NCBI RefSeq assembly: GCF_018350175.1
Contig: NC_058368.1
Span: 73,224,001-73,288,000 of the forward strand
Length of the DNA stretch: 64,000 bases
Reading direction: 5' to 3'
From: Felis catus
Taxonomy: Eukaryota
In this document: positions 27,370 to 38,392 of the stretch, one piece after another
Layout: every line of letters begins with the position of its first letter
Position numbering within the stretch: position 1 is the stretch's first letter
Notes under the pieces: generated by a model
The model's input: the letters and a program-made list of their open reading frames with translations, nothing else
Told to the model about the DNA's origin: nothing
Databases searched by the model: none
Made by a program: the position numbers and the translations under genes

Positions 27370-28305
27370 CAATGAACAATTCAAAAGAAAATAATTCCAT
27401 TTACAGTGGTGCCCAAAGGAATAAAACACCTAGGTATAAATTTAGTCAAGAAGGTGGAAGACTTACACTCAGAAAATTACAAAACTTTACTGAAAGAAAT
27501 TAGAGAAGACCTAAATAAATGGAAAGATATCCCATGTTCATGAATTGGAAGATTTAATATTGTTAAAAAGTCAATGCTACCCAAAGCAATCTACAGATTT
27601 AATGCAATGCCTATCAAAATTCCAATGGCCTTTTTTTTTGCACAAATGGAAAATATGACCTTCATATTGAAATGGTAGTACAATGTACTTAACAACAAAT
27701 GAAACAATCTTATGAAAGAAGATCAAAGTTGGAAGGTCTACATCTTCCAATTTCAAAACTTCATACAAAGGTATAATAATTAAGACAGTGTGATACTGGC
27801 ATGAGGATAGGCACATAAAGCAATATGAGTTCAGAAATAACTTCATACATTTATGGCTAATTGATATTCAACACAGATACCAATACTAATCAATGGGGTA
27901 AGAAGAGCCTCTTCATCAGTTGGTGCTGGGCCAACAGGATAGCCACATGCAAAGGGATGAAGACGGACCCCTACTCATACCATGTAAAAAAAATTAAATC
28001 GACCTGGATCAATGACCTAAATATAAGAGCTCAAATCAGAAAACTTTTTTAAAAAAACATAAGGGTAAATTTTCACGACCCTGGATTTGTAATGGACTCT
28101 TAGATGTGATATCAAAAGCACAAGCAACAAAAGAAAAAATAGATAAATTGGAATTCATCAAAACTAAAAACTTTTGTACATAAAAGAATAGTAAAAAGAA
28201 AGTGAAAAGACATTGCACATAATGGGATAAAATATTTGCAAATTGTACATCTGATTAAGGTCTAGAATTCAGAATATATAAAAAATGCTTAAACTTAACA
28301 ACAGT
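27370..28305 (+). mobile_element. Old L1 ORF2 fragment (degraded)
   Basis: 'aaataaatggaaagatatcccatgttcatgaattggaagatttaatattgttaa...ctacagatttaatgcaat'. Confidence 0.88.
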
Positions 28306-28556
28306 GATCCCAATAATTCACATCTCCTACTATTTCTACTTTCTACTATTTCCACCTCCCCCTGATGGAGACCTTAGCCTAGTGACTTGTGTCTGATGAA
28401 TGTAATATAGCAAAACTGATGTAAACTGGTCACAAAAGGATGAATATTGTATGATTCTATTCATATGAAAATTTTAAAACAATCAAAATTATAGAAAAAG
28501 AAAGTAGAAGAGTGGTTACCAAGAGTTGCAGAATTAGTGTTTAAGAGTTTCAAGGA

Positions 28557-28790
28557 GGGGCGCCTGGGTGGCGCAGTCGGTTAAGCGTCCGACTTCAGCC
28601 AGGTCACGATCTCGCGGTCCGTGAGTTCGAGCCCCGCGTCGGGCTCTGGGCTGATGGCTCGGAGCCTGGAGCCTGTTTCCGATTCTGTGTCTCCCTCTCT
28701 CTCTGCCCCTCCCCCGTTCATGCTCTGTCTCTCTCTGTCCCCAAAATAAATAAACGTTGAAAAAAAAAAAATTAAAAAAAAAAAAAAAAA
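28557..28790 (+). mobile_element. Very young SINEC_Fc SINE
   Basis: CpGs intact, long A tail, perfect TSD aagagtttcaagg (28543-28555 and 28791-28803). Confidence 0.96.
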
Positions 28791-28801
28791 AAGAGTTTCA
28801 A

Positions 28802-28859
28802 GGTACCTGGGTGGCTCAGTCAGCTAATCTCAAAAATAAATAAACATTAAAAAAATTTT
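28802..28859 (+). mobile_element. Internally deleted mini-SINE (head fused to tail)
   Basis: ggtacctgggtggctcagtcagctaa joined directly to tctcaaaaataaataaacattaaaaaaa. Confidence 0.8.
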
Positions 28860-29471
28860 ATTAAAGAGATATAGCATTTCAATGTTGTAGGATGAAAAAG
28901 TTCCAGAAATATGTCATGAGACAATGTGACTATACTGAACACTACTGAACCATACACTTAAAAATGGTTAAGATGGTAAATTTTATGTTATATGTTTTTT
29001 ACCATAGTAAAACAAAAATATTCTATTGAAAACTGATGGGATGTCACTTCCATAAAGGTTAAAAAAGACAATGACTTCGATCTTGCTGGTATTTTCTCTC
29101 TATTGCCTTCTCAGCTGCACGTTTTGATGAAACAATCCGCCATCTCAGAGAGGCCCACATAACCAAGCATCACGAGCAAGGTTAAAAGTAGATTCTCCCC
29201 AAGTTGAGCTTTGAAATGACTACAGCCCCAGCGTGTGAGAGACCCTGAACCAAAGAATCCAGCTAAGCCATGCCCAAATTTCTGATCCACAGAAACTCTG
29301 AGATAATAAATGTTATTGTTTTAAACCACTAAGTTTGGGATAATTTATATTTTGCTAGGCAGCAAATAGATAACTAATGCAATAGAGTTAATCAAAACCC
29401 AGTAGTATTTCACTGAAACTTATTATTTTATTCTAAAATTTATATGGGAATGCAATGTGCCAAGTACAGAC

Positions 29472-29695
29472 CTTTTTTTAAAATTTTTTTTAACGTTTAT
29501 TTATTTTTAAGAGACAGAGAGAGATAGAATGTGAGTGGGTGGGGCAGAGAGAGAAGGAAACACAGAATCTGAAGCAGGCTCCAGGCTCCGAGCTGTCAGC
29601 ACAGAGCCCGACGCGGGGCTCGAACTCACGAACCGTGAGATCATGACCTGAGCCAAAGTTGGACACTTAACCAACTGAGCCACCCAGGTGCCCCC
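29472..29695 (-). mobile_element. SINEC_Fc-type SINE
   Basis: TSD ccaagtacaga. Confidence 0.94.
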
Positions 29696-30415
29696 AAGTA
29701 CAGATAATTTTAAAGAACAACAAGGCTAGAGAAGGCTAGACATACCACATGTTAAAGACCTGTTTTGAAGATATGGAAGTAAAAAGTATCAAATTGGTAC
29801 AAGCATGGAACTGCACCGAATCCAGAAAAGGAACCACACGTATGCAACCACCTGCTCGATGCCATAGGTAACTCTGCAGTACAGAGGGGAAAAGATAAGT
29901 GTTTCAATAAATGCTGCCGGGTCAATTGGACACAGATAAGAAAAAAGAGCAATCTGACATCTACCTCTACATGGATTACAGCTCTAAATGTGAAAGGTAA
30001 AACAATAAAGTTTTAAACAAAAACACCAGAGAATATCTTCATGGCCTCAGTGTAGGCAATGTTTTCTTAAATAGGGCACAAAAAGCACTAAGCTAGAAGG
30101 AAAAATTTAAAAATTTTTGACCATATGACAGTAAAGAACTTCTGTTCATCAAGACACAATTAACAGAGTGAAAGGCAATTCACATAGCAGAAGAAAATAT
30201 TTGCAATGCATATATCCAGCAAAGGACTGATATGCAAAAGATACATTTTAAAATACATGCAAATTAATAAATAAAAACACAGACAAACCCAATTTTTAAC
30301 AAGGAGTCCAGGAAGCAAAAGACTTGACTGGTACTTCACATAAGAGATATGAAAGTGACCCCAAATGCCCCACTTTATTAGACATCAGGGAAATAGAATT
30401 AGAAATCAAAATGAA

Positions 30416-30640
30416 GGGGCACCTGGGTGGCTCAGTCAGTTAAGCATCCGACTTCGGCTCAGGTCATGATCTCGCAGTTCGTGAGTTCCAGTCCTGCGTC
30501 AGGCTCTGTGCTGACAGCTCAGAGCCTGGAGCCTGCTTCAGAGTCTGTGTCTCCCTCTCTCTGTGCTCCTCCCCTGCTCAAGCTCTGTCTCTCTGTGTCT
30601 CTCTCTTTCTCAAAACTAAATAAACATTAAAAAAAATTTA
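30416..30640 (+). mobile_element. SINEC-type SINE (first of a tandem pair)
   Basis: Full length. Confidence 0.93.
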
Positions 30641-30642
30641 AA

Positions 30643-30870
30643 GGCATGCCTGGGTGGCTCAGCCAGTTAGGCATCTGACTTTGGCTCAGGTCATGATCTC
30701 TCAGATGATGAGTTCAAGCCCCACGTTAGGCTTTTTGCTGACAGCTCAGAGCCTGGAGCCTGCTTCAGATTCAGTCTCTGTCTCTCTCTGCACCTCCCCT
30801 GCTCCTCATGCTCGCTCTCTCTCTCTGTCTCAAAATATAAACAAACATTTAAAAACTTAAAGAAAAATTA
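30643..30870 (+). mobile_element. SINEC-type SINE (second of a tandem pair)
   Basis: Head follows directly after the previous tail. Confidence 0.92.
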
Positions 30871-33842
30871 AAGATGACATGTACAAGAAATGATAGCACT
30901 ATTCATGATAGCTAAAAATTGAAAAGCTATCCAAATGCTAACCAGTAGCAGAACGAATAGAAAACATTTTTATATTCACACTGTGGAATACTGTTCAGCA
31001 ATGTGAATAAACATATTCCAACTACTTGCAATAATACTGATGACTCATGAACATAATATTGAGCAAAAGAATTTGTCCTGTAGGATTCTATTTATATCAA
31101 GTTTTTTAAAAGGGTAAAATTAATGTATGGTGTTAAAAATGAGGGTAGTGTTTCCCTCTGGGGGCTTGGTCATGGAAAGGGGGCACAATGTAGGCATCTA
31201 AGGTACTGGAAATATTCCATTCCTTGATCCAAGTGCTGGCTGCCCAGTTGTATTTGATTTGTGAAAATTCACAAAGCTGCGCACACTTACAATGTATGTA
31301 TTTTTCTGTATGAGTTCAAGAAATACATATAAGAATAAAAAGTTCAAGAAAAAATATTTGGGAGTAAATCTGACCAAATATGTTCAAAACTTCAAACTAG
31401 GAAATTATAAAACACTTTTGAGAGAAATTAAACAGGACCCAAACAAATGAGAGGATATGTCATGTTATATACTGAAAGACAATACTAAAGATGTTAATTC
31501 TACCTAGCTGATATACAGATTCAAAGCAATCCTAATACAAGCATTGACAGCTTTGGTGGTTTGGGGGTTTTTTTGCAGAAATTTGTCATCAAATTCTAAT
31601 ATTTTCATTGAAACACAAAGGACCAAGAATAGTTAAGGCAATCTTAAAGAGTATGAATAAAGTGGGAGAATTTACCTATGAGTACATACAATAAAAGTTC
31701 AGTAATTAAGACAGAGTGGCATTGACATCAGGATAGATTAATATGTCTGTTGGGCAGAATAGAGTCCAGCAACATATCCAGACAATGTGGACTCTTGATT
31801 TTTAACACATGTGACATGGCAGAACAGTAGGAAGAGACAACCTTTTTTTTTCCCTTTTGGAAAAGACAATCTTGTCAATAATGATTCTGGGTCAATTGGA
31901 TATCTATATGGGAAAAAAATTAAACTTGTCCCCAACCTTAAACTACATATAAATGTAAATTCTAGAAGAATTTAGGTCTAAATGTGAAAAGCAAACAATA
32001 AAACTCCAATATCTTGAGATGGAAAAACTTTCCTTAGGTGGGACACAGAAAATATTAACCAAGACAGAAAAGACTGATAAACTGGACACCGTTAAAATAA
32101 AGAAAAATGTTTATCAAAAGACATCAAGACAGTGCAGCTTCAAGAACATGAGGGAACAAGATATGTGGAACGCGAGACTAATAAAGGTTTTACATGTAGA
32201 ATCTATAGCAAATGCTTTCAAAATAACAAGAAAAAAAATCATGAAGAAATTTGAATAGGCATTTCACCAAAGAGGATATCCTTTGTCAATAAGTGTATGG
32301 AAAGATGTTCAGCCTCATTCATAGTTATGGAAGAACAAATTAAAACCTTAAGGACATAGCATAGTACGCACAGTGGGCTAAAAATACAAGGTCTGACAAT
32401 CCCAAGTGTTGACAAGGTTGTGGCACAATAGGAGCAGACAATCACAACTAGTGGAGAGAGAATAATTGATACAAGCTATTTGGAAACTCTGACAAAATCT
32501 ACTAAAGTTGTCCTATACATACCCTCATGACTCAGCCCACAGGAACCATGCAGGTATAGTAAATAAATGTGCAAAATATTTACTGTAGTAACATTTGTAT
32601 TATACCCCAAATGGGAAACAATCCACATATCTATCAATAGAAAGTATAGATAAATCTTTGTAAATTCATATGATGGAAAATTTTGCATCAGTGAAAAAGA
32701 ATGAAATCCTGCTAAATGCAACAATAGGATAGATGTTAAAATCACAATGCTGAGCAAAACGAGCCAGATATGAAAGGATACATACTGCACTGCTTCCACT
32801 TACATGCATCTCAAAACCAGGCAAACATGGGAATGGTGGGTGGGAGGAAATTAGTAATGACTGACGTGGGGGTACAGGGTGATGGTGGACGGGTGCTTCA
32901 GAGGTGCTGGTAATGTTCTGTTGTCTGACTTTGGCCAAGGTTACATGGGTGTGGTACCTCACTGAAGTTTATTTTGTGATTTGTTTACTCTTCTCTATGT
33001 ATATTTCAATTTAAAAGTAACAAAACAATTTCAGTGACTAAAAAAATAAATCTCTGTACCTAAATCCTAACTATGGTCCTATGTGTAGATTCATGTCTCC
33101 TTCCTGACATGTTGCTCATGTCTATCATAGTCCAGCATTTGCCAGATCTTAGCTTCTGATTTTACCTCCCCTACTGAGATCTGCTCTGTCTCCCATTGCA
33201 GCCATTTTCACTCAGCCTTAGCCTTTCTCCTGGTCCACTTCCATGAGCCTCGACAGGCCCCGATCCCTCGACAGTATGAGACACCATGGCTGGCCCTTTA
33301 CCCAAGGTGGAAGAGGAAACACCTATGTTGTCTGTCTTACAAACTTTGTACATGCCCGTCTCCCTCAGGGCATAAGAGGGACACTTTTATGCTTCGTGTT
33401 CTGAACAAACTGGATTTGATTACATATGTCTGAAAGGTTTTAATGTTTTCTTTCCACTGATTTTGTCTACCCTTGATTTCAAACATCCCTCTGCCAGGTT
33501 CTAAGGTACACTTGCTACAATTATCTGATTACCAGAGAGATTAATAAACCTTTTCAGCTTGGCTCATAAATCACAAATTTCTACACGTGGGAGATTTTCA
33601 AATAAGGGGCAAAATCCCATTGCTTAGTCACTCTATTGTCTACTTGAATCAGTTTTAACATCTGACAGCACCTCATGTTCACAGGCATATAAAAGCATTG
33701 ACTTTCTTTGAGATGAACATTTTGTTCTAATGACCAAAAGTGATAAATATTGTATTGAATGAAAGTAAGACAAGCCCAATATTTCAAAAGACTATAAATC
33801 TTTATATTTTCCCAAATGAAAATACATTCCTATTTTATTACT

Positions 33843-34740
33843 AGAGAACAATTTGAAAGATTTAAACTACTAAAGAGACTAAGTAATATTATGTCTGGTA
33901 AAAGAACTTGGATATTATTGTACCCGGCAGGGTTTATGGCTTGCAGAAGTTGATACTAAAGAAACATGGAGTGGGTATCAGATTCAGTTGAGGACCAAGA
34001 GGAGAGACTACCATGTAGCACCAGACTGGGAAATTCTAGAGAGGCTTCTAAGGATCGTAACCGAGGATTATTCACCTGAGAGAGTTGGTGTGTTTAGAAC
34101 ACAGAAAGCAGTAGCTGATATAATTCAATTTGAATCATTTTTCAACAATCCAGACTGAATGACATCTTACTACCTACTATCTGAACCACTCAGAAAGTTA
34201 ATCTAGCCGGGTCGCCTGGGTGGCTCAGTCGGTTAAGTGTCCATCTGACTTCAGCTCAGGTCATGATCTCATGGTTTATGAGTTCGAGCCCTGTGTTGGG
34301 CTCTGTGCTTACAGCTCAAAGCCTGGAGCCTGCTTCTGATTCTGTGTCTTCCTCTCTGTCTGCCCCTAACCCACTTGCACTCTGTCTCTGTCTCTCTCAA
34401 AAATAAATAAACATAAAAAAATAAAGAAATAAAAGAAAGTTAATCCAGCTAGGGACCCTCATCCTAGCTCACCCTACAATTCCCTTCCCTACTCTTATAT
34501 TTTTGGCATTACTAAAGAAAATTCTATAAGAATCTGCACTGGGGTCTTTTGGAACCAAGCGTTTCTCGTTTCAATTGGTGTTACCATAGGACCAATGGCA
34601 TGCTTAGCCAAATTGCTCTATAATTGCCTCCATATGCCTTTCCAAAATTCGTAACTAATTTTGCAGAAAGATGGCCTATCACTATCTGAAACTTGTATGA
34701 AAAAGAGGGAAAATATAAAATGTATCAGACTGATACAAGA
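33843..34740 (+). pseudogene. Candidate endogenous bornavirus-like nucleoprotein element (EBLN-like non-retroviral EVE), degraded and interrupted by a SINE at 34208-34433
   Basis: Frame +1 is stop-free for 91 codons (33883-34155), reads past one TGA into MTSYYLLSEPLRKL, and continues in frame once the SINE and one TSD copy are removed. Collinear motifs versus BoDV-1 N (recalled): REQFERFK~[9 protein letters not shown]; MTSY~MTTY; LAHPTIPFPTLIFLALLKKI~[20 protein letters not shown]; RFSF~LFPF; IAL*LPPYAFPKFVTNFAERW~[20 protein letters not shown]. Several stops and at least 2 frameshifts. Confidence 0.62.
34208..34433 (+). mobile_element. SINEC-type SINE inserted into the candidate EVE
   Basis: 16-bp TSD agaaagttaatc(t/c)agc at 34192-34207 and 34434-34449. 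Confidence 0.95.
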
Positions 34741-34744
34741 GAAG

Positions 34745-34950
34745 AACAGGCTTACTTTCCTTAGTTCCAATTAAAAAAAAATCCTTGGGAGGAACTTGGC
34801 TTGGGTCATACACTCATCTTTGAGGACAGAAGGACTGAATACTCTATGATTGGCAGTTCCCGCTAGAACAAAAATTTTCAAACAGGAAGAACAATAGGTT
34901 CTCCCCTCAAAAAACATGTTATTCCCAGAAAAGACCAAAAATACATTTGT
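34745..34950. mobile_element. Possible old MLT1J/K-like LTR remnant
   Basis: 'tagttccaa...ccttgggaggaacttggcttgggtca...tgattggcag' resembles MLT1 motifs. Confidence 0.35.
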
Positions 34951-35719
34951 TCCATAAATACATGTTGAAGGGTTTGGGTGATATAATTAATATACCTCTT
35001 GAACTGTCTCTGAGTTTGGAACTGATTGAGAGATAAATGCAGGCATTCGATGAATAGAGGTTAAACTACCTGTGTTTAGGTTGAGTTAGAGGGAATTGCT
35101 CAGATCTACAGCCAGTAATTAGCTACCTTATATTTGACTCCATGTCTAGATCTTCAGATTACAAACCCAATGGAGAGTTTGGATCTGCAAAGCAGATTTG
35201 CTTACCCAAAAAAGCTGCTTCTCACCAACAAACCCCACAGTGAAGACAGAAATAAATGTTTTATGTAATGGTGTTATCATCGTATGAGCAGCATGTAAAT
35301 GTAAAGATGAATATTTACAAAGAAATATAATTTATTCATTCAGGAAACATAATTAGTATCTCCTATGTCCCAGGCACCCTTCTTGGTGCTTGGCAAACAT
35401 TAATGAACCAGTCAAAGACCACTGTCCTTGAAGAACTTAATTTCTAAGAGTAAAACAGAAACTGATGGATATGAAAGAGAGAGAGAAAGAACATACTAGA
35501 AACAATGATCACTAGAAAGCAAAGAATAAATAGAGTAAAATGAACTTGTTAAAAATCAAATCATGAGTTTATGAGTTCACAGTATAAAAAAAGAAATAAA
35601 TCCTGGGAAAAGAAAAGTTGGAGAATTTGACATCTCTTAGACCAGTAGGAAAGAGTAATTTTCAGTAAAGGAAACTAAAGAGCATAATTAGAAAAGGGAG
35701 CATAAGAATCTTTGTGTTG

Positions 35720-37341
35720 CATTCAACACAATCCCAATCAAAATTGCACCAGCATTTTCTTCTGGAAGCTAGAACAAACAATCCTAAGATTTGTATGGAA
35801 CCACAAAAGACCCCGAATAGGCAAAGTAATATTGAAGAAGAAAACCAAAGTGGGAGGCATCACAATCCCAGACTTTAGCCTCTACTACAAAGCTTTAATC
35901 ATCAAGACAGCATGGTATTGGTACAAAAACAGAAACATAGACCAATGGAATAGAATAGAGACTCCAGAATTGGACCCACAAATGGATGGCCAACTAATCT
36001 TTGACAAAGCAGGAAAGAATATCCAATGGAAAAAAGACAGTCTCTTTAACAAATGGTGCTGGGAGAACTGGAAAGCAACATGCAGAAGACTGAAACTAGA
36101 CCACTTTCTTACACCATTCACAAAAATAAACTCAAAATGGATGAAGGACCTGAATGTGAGACAAGAAACCATCAAAACCCTAGAGGAGAAAGCAGGAAAA
36201 AACCTCTCTGACCTCAGCCTCAGGAATTTCTTACTCGACACATCTCCAAAGGCAAGGGAATTAAAAGCAAAAATGAACTATTGGGACCTCATCAAGATAA
36301 AAAGCCTTTGCACTGCAAAGGAAACATTCAACAAAACTAAAAGGCAACTGATGGAATGGGAAAAGATATTTGCAAATGACATATCAGATAAAGGGCGAGT
36401 ATCCAAAATCTATAAAGAACTCACCAAACTCCACACCCGAAAAACAAATAATCCAGTGAAGAAATGGGCAGAAAACATGAGTAGACACTTCTCTAAATAA
36501 GACACCCAGATGCCAACAGGCACATGAAAAGATGTTCAACATCACTCCTCATCAGGGAAATACAAATCAAAACCACACTGAGATACCACCTCACGCCAGT
36601 CAGAGTGGCTAAAATGAACAAATCAGGAGACTATAGATGCTGGAGAGGATGTGGAGAAATGGAAACCCTCTTACACTGTTGGTGGGAATGCAAACTGGTG
36701 CAGCCGCTCTGTAAAACAGTGTGGAGGTTCCTCAAAAAATTAAAAATAGATCTACCCTATGATGCAGCAATAGCACTGCTGGGAATTTACCCAAGGGATA
36801 CAGGAGTGCTGATGCATGGGGGCACTTGTACCCCAATGTTCACAGCAGCACTTTCAACAATAGCCAAATTATGGAAAGAGCCTAAATGTCCATCAACTGA
36901 TGAATGGATAAAGATGTGGTTTATATATACAATGGAATACTACTTGGCAGTGAGAAAGAATGAAGTCTGGCCATTTGTAGCAATGTGGATGGAACTGGAG
37001 AGTGTTATGCTAAGTGAAATAAGTCAGGCAGAGAAAGACAGATACCATATGTTTTCACTTATATGTGGATCCTGAGAAACTCAACAGAAGACCGGGGGAA
37101 GGGAAGGGGAGAAAAAAAGTTACAGAGAAGGAAGGAGGCAAACCATAAGAGACTCTTAAATACTGAGAATAAACTGAGGGTTGATGGGGACTGGGGGAGA
37201 GGGGAAAATGGGTGATGGGCATTGAGGAGGGCACCTGTTGGGATGAGCACTGGGTATTGTATGGAAACCAATTTGACAATAAATTTCACTTAAAAAAAAC
37301 TTGGAAACAAAAGCATCATGTTCAGAAAGAAACAAACAAAA
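35720..37341 (+). mobile_element. Young 5'-truncated felid L1: ORF2 C-terminal part, 3'UTR, poly(A) and short 3' extension
   Basis: ORFs 35712-36500 and 36524-37075 translate to L1 ORF2p ([49 protein letters not shown]); one stop plus a frameshift near 36500; TSD aagaatct(t)tgtgttg. Confidence 0.96.
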
Positions 37342-37358
37342 AAGAATCTTGTGTTGGT

Positions 37359-37440
37359 CATCAGGCTCTGTGTTGACAGCCTGGAGCCTGCTTCAGATTC
37401 TGTGTCTCCCTCTCTCTTTGCCACTCTCCTGCCCACGCTT

Positions 37441-37491
<51 letters not shown>

Positions 37492-37690
37492 AATAAATAA
37501 AGATTTTTAAAAATTAAAAAAAAATGGGGGACACCTGGGTGGCTCAGTCAGTTGGGCATCCGACTTTGGCTCAGGTCATGATCTCATGGTCCATGAGTTC
37601 AAGCCCTGCATCAGGCTCTGTGTTGACAGCCTGGAGCCTGCTTCAGATTCTGTGTCTCCCTCTCTCTTTGCCACTCTCCTGCCCATGCTT

Positions 37691-37743
<53 letters not shown>

Positions 37744-37985
37744 AATAAATAAAGATTTTTAAAATTTTTAAAAAATGGGGGGGAACCTGGGTGGCTCAGT
37801 CATTTGGGCATCCGACTTTGGCTCAGGTCATGATCTCATGGTCCATGAGTTCGAACCCTGCGTCAGGCTCTGTGTTGACAGCCTGGAGCCTGCTTCGGAT
37901 TTTGTGTCTCCCTCTCTCTCTCTGCCTCCCTGCTCATGCTCTCTCTCTCTCAAAAATAAATAAAGATTTTTTTAAATAAAAAAAA
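37359..37985 (+). mobile_element. Tandem trimer of near-identical variant SINEs (37359-37524 5'-truncated, 37526-37775, 37777-37985)
   Basis: Shared internal deletion (gttgacagcctggag) and shared tail aaataaataaagattttt; one TSD pair around the whole block. Confidence 0.92.
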
Positions 37986-38006
37986 AAGAATCTTTGTGTT
38001 GGGTAT

Positions 38007-38392
38007 TGTATCAGAGTTCAACCAGCAAAGCAGAACCAGTAGGAGATAAATATTAAGAGATTTATTGAAATGAATTGGCTTCCATATACCAATGGGAGCT
38101 GGCTAGGCAAGTCTGAAATCCACAGGACAGGGTATCAGGAAGGGCCCTGGCTGAAGTTTCAGTCTACAAGCAGGATTTCTTCTCTCTCAGAGAAGTCTCG
38201 ATTCTGCTCTTAGGACATTGCAATGAATCGAATCAAGCCCACCCAGATTATCTAGGACAATCTTCCTTACCTAAAATCAACTGATCATGGACTTTACATC
38301 TATACCTTCACAGCAACACCATAATTCATGTGTTTGACTGAGTAACTGGGAAGGTAGCCTAGCCAAGTTGACAGGTAAAACTGACTATCGCA
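38007..38392. mobile_element. MLT2-type (ERVL) solo LTR
   Basis: 'agcagaaccagtaggagat...gagatttattg...gaattggct...ggcaagtctgaaatcc...cctagccaagttgaca'. Confidence 0.82.

Larger units (their letters stand above)
28310..29385 (+). mobile_element. MLT1E/F-type LTR interrupted by an L1 3' fragment (about 28422-29028) that itself carries two SINEs
   Basis: LTR halves rejoin at duplicated aaaactgatg; LTR end 'cagaaactctgagataataaatgttattgttttaaaccactaagttt...gcaaatagataactaat'. Confidence 0.72.
29390..33050 (+). mobile_element. Two consecutive ancient L1 (L1M-type) ORF2-to-3'UTR remnants (about 29390-31340 and 31345-33050), with SINE insertions
   Basis: The series of degraded ORF2 and 3'UTR motifs occurs twice (for example 'gggtcaattgga', 'atttcaccaaagaggatat', 'aatgctgagcaaaacgagccaga'). 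Confidence 0.78.

Noticed and set aside
34768..34781. caattaaaaaaaaa as the viral transcription-stop/poly(A) end of the EVE
   Set aside because: It lies within sequence resembling an MLT1 LTR, no matching TSD was found upstream, and it comes earlier than the expected end of N.
35712..37075. 262-aa and 183-aa ORFs as host genes
   Set aside because: Broken C-terminus of L1 ORF2p lacking the endonuclease and RT core.
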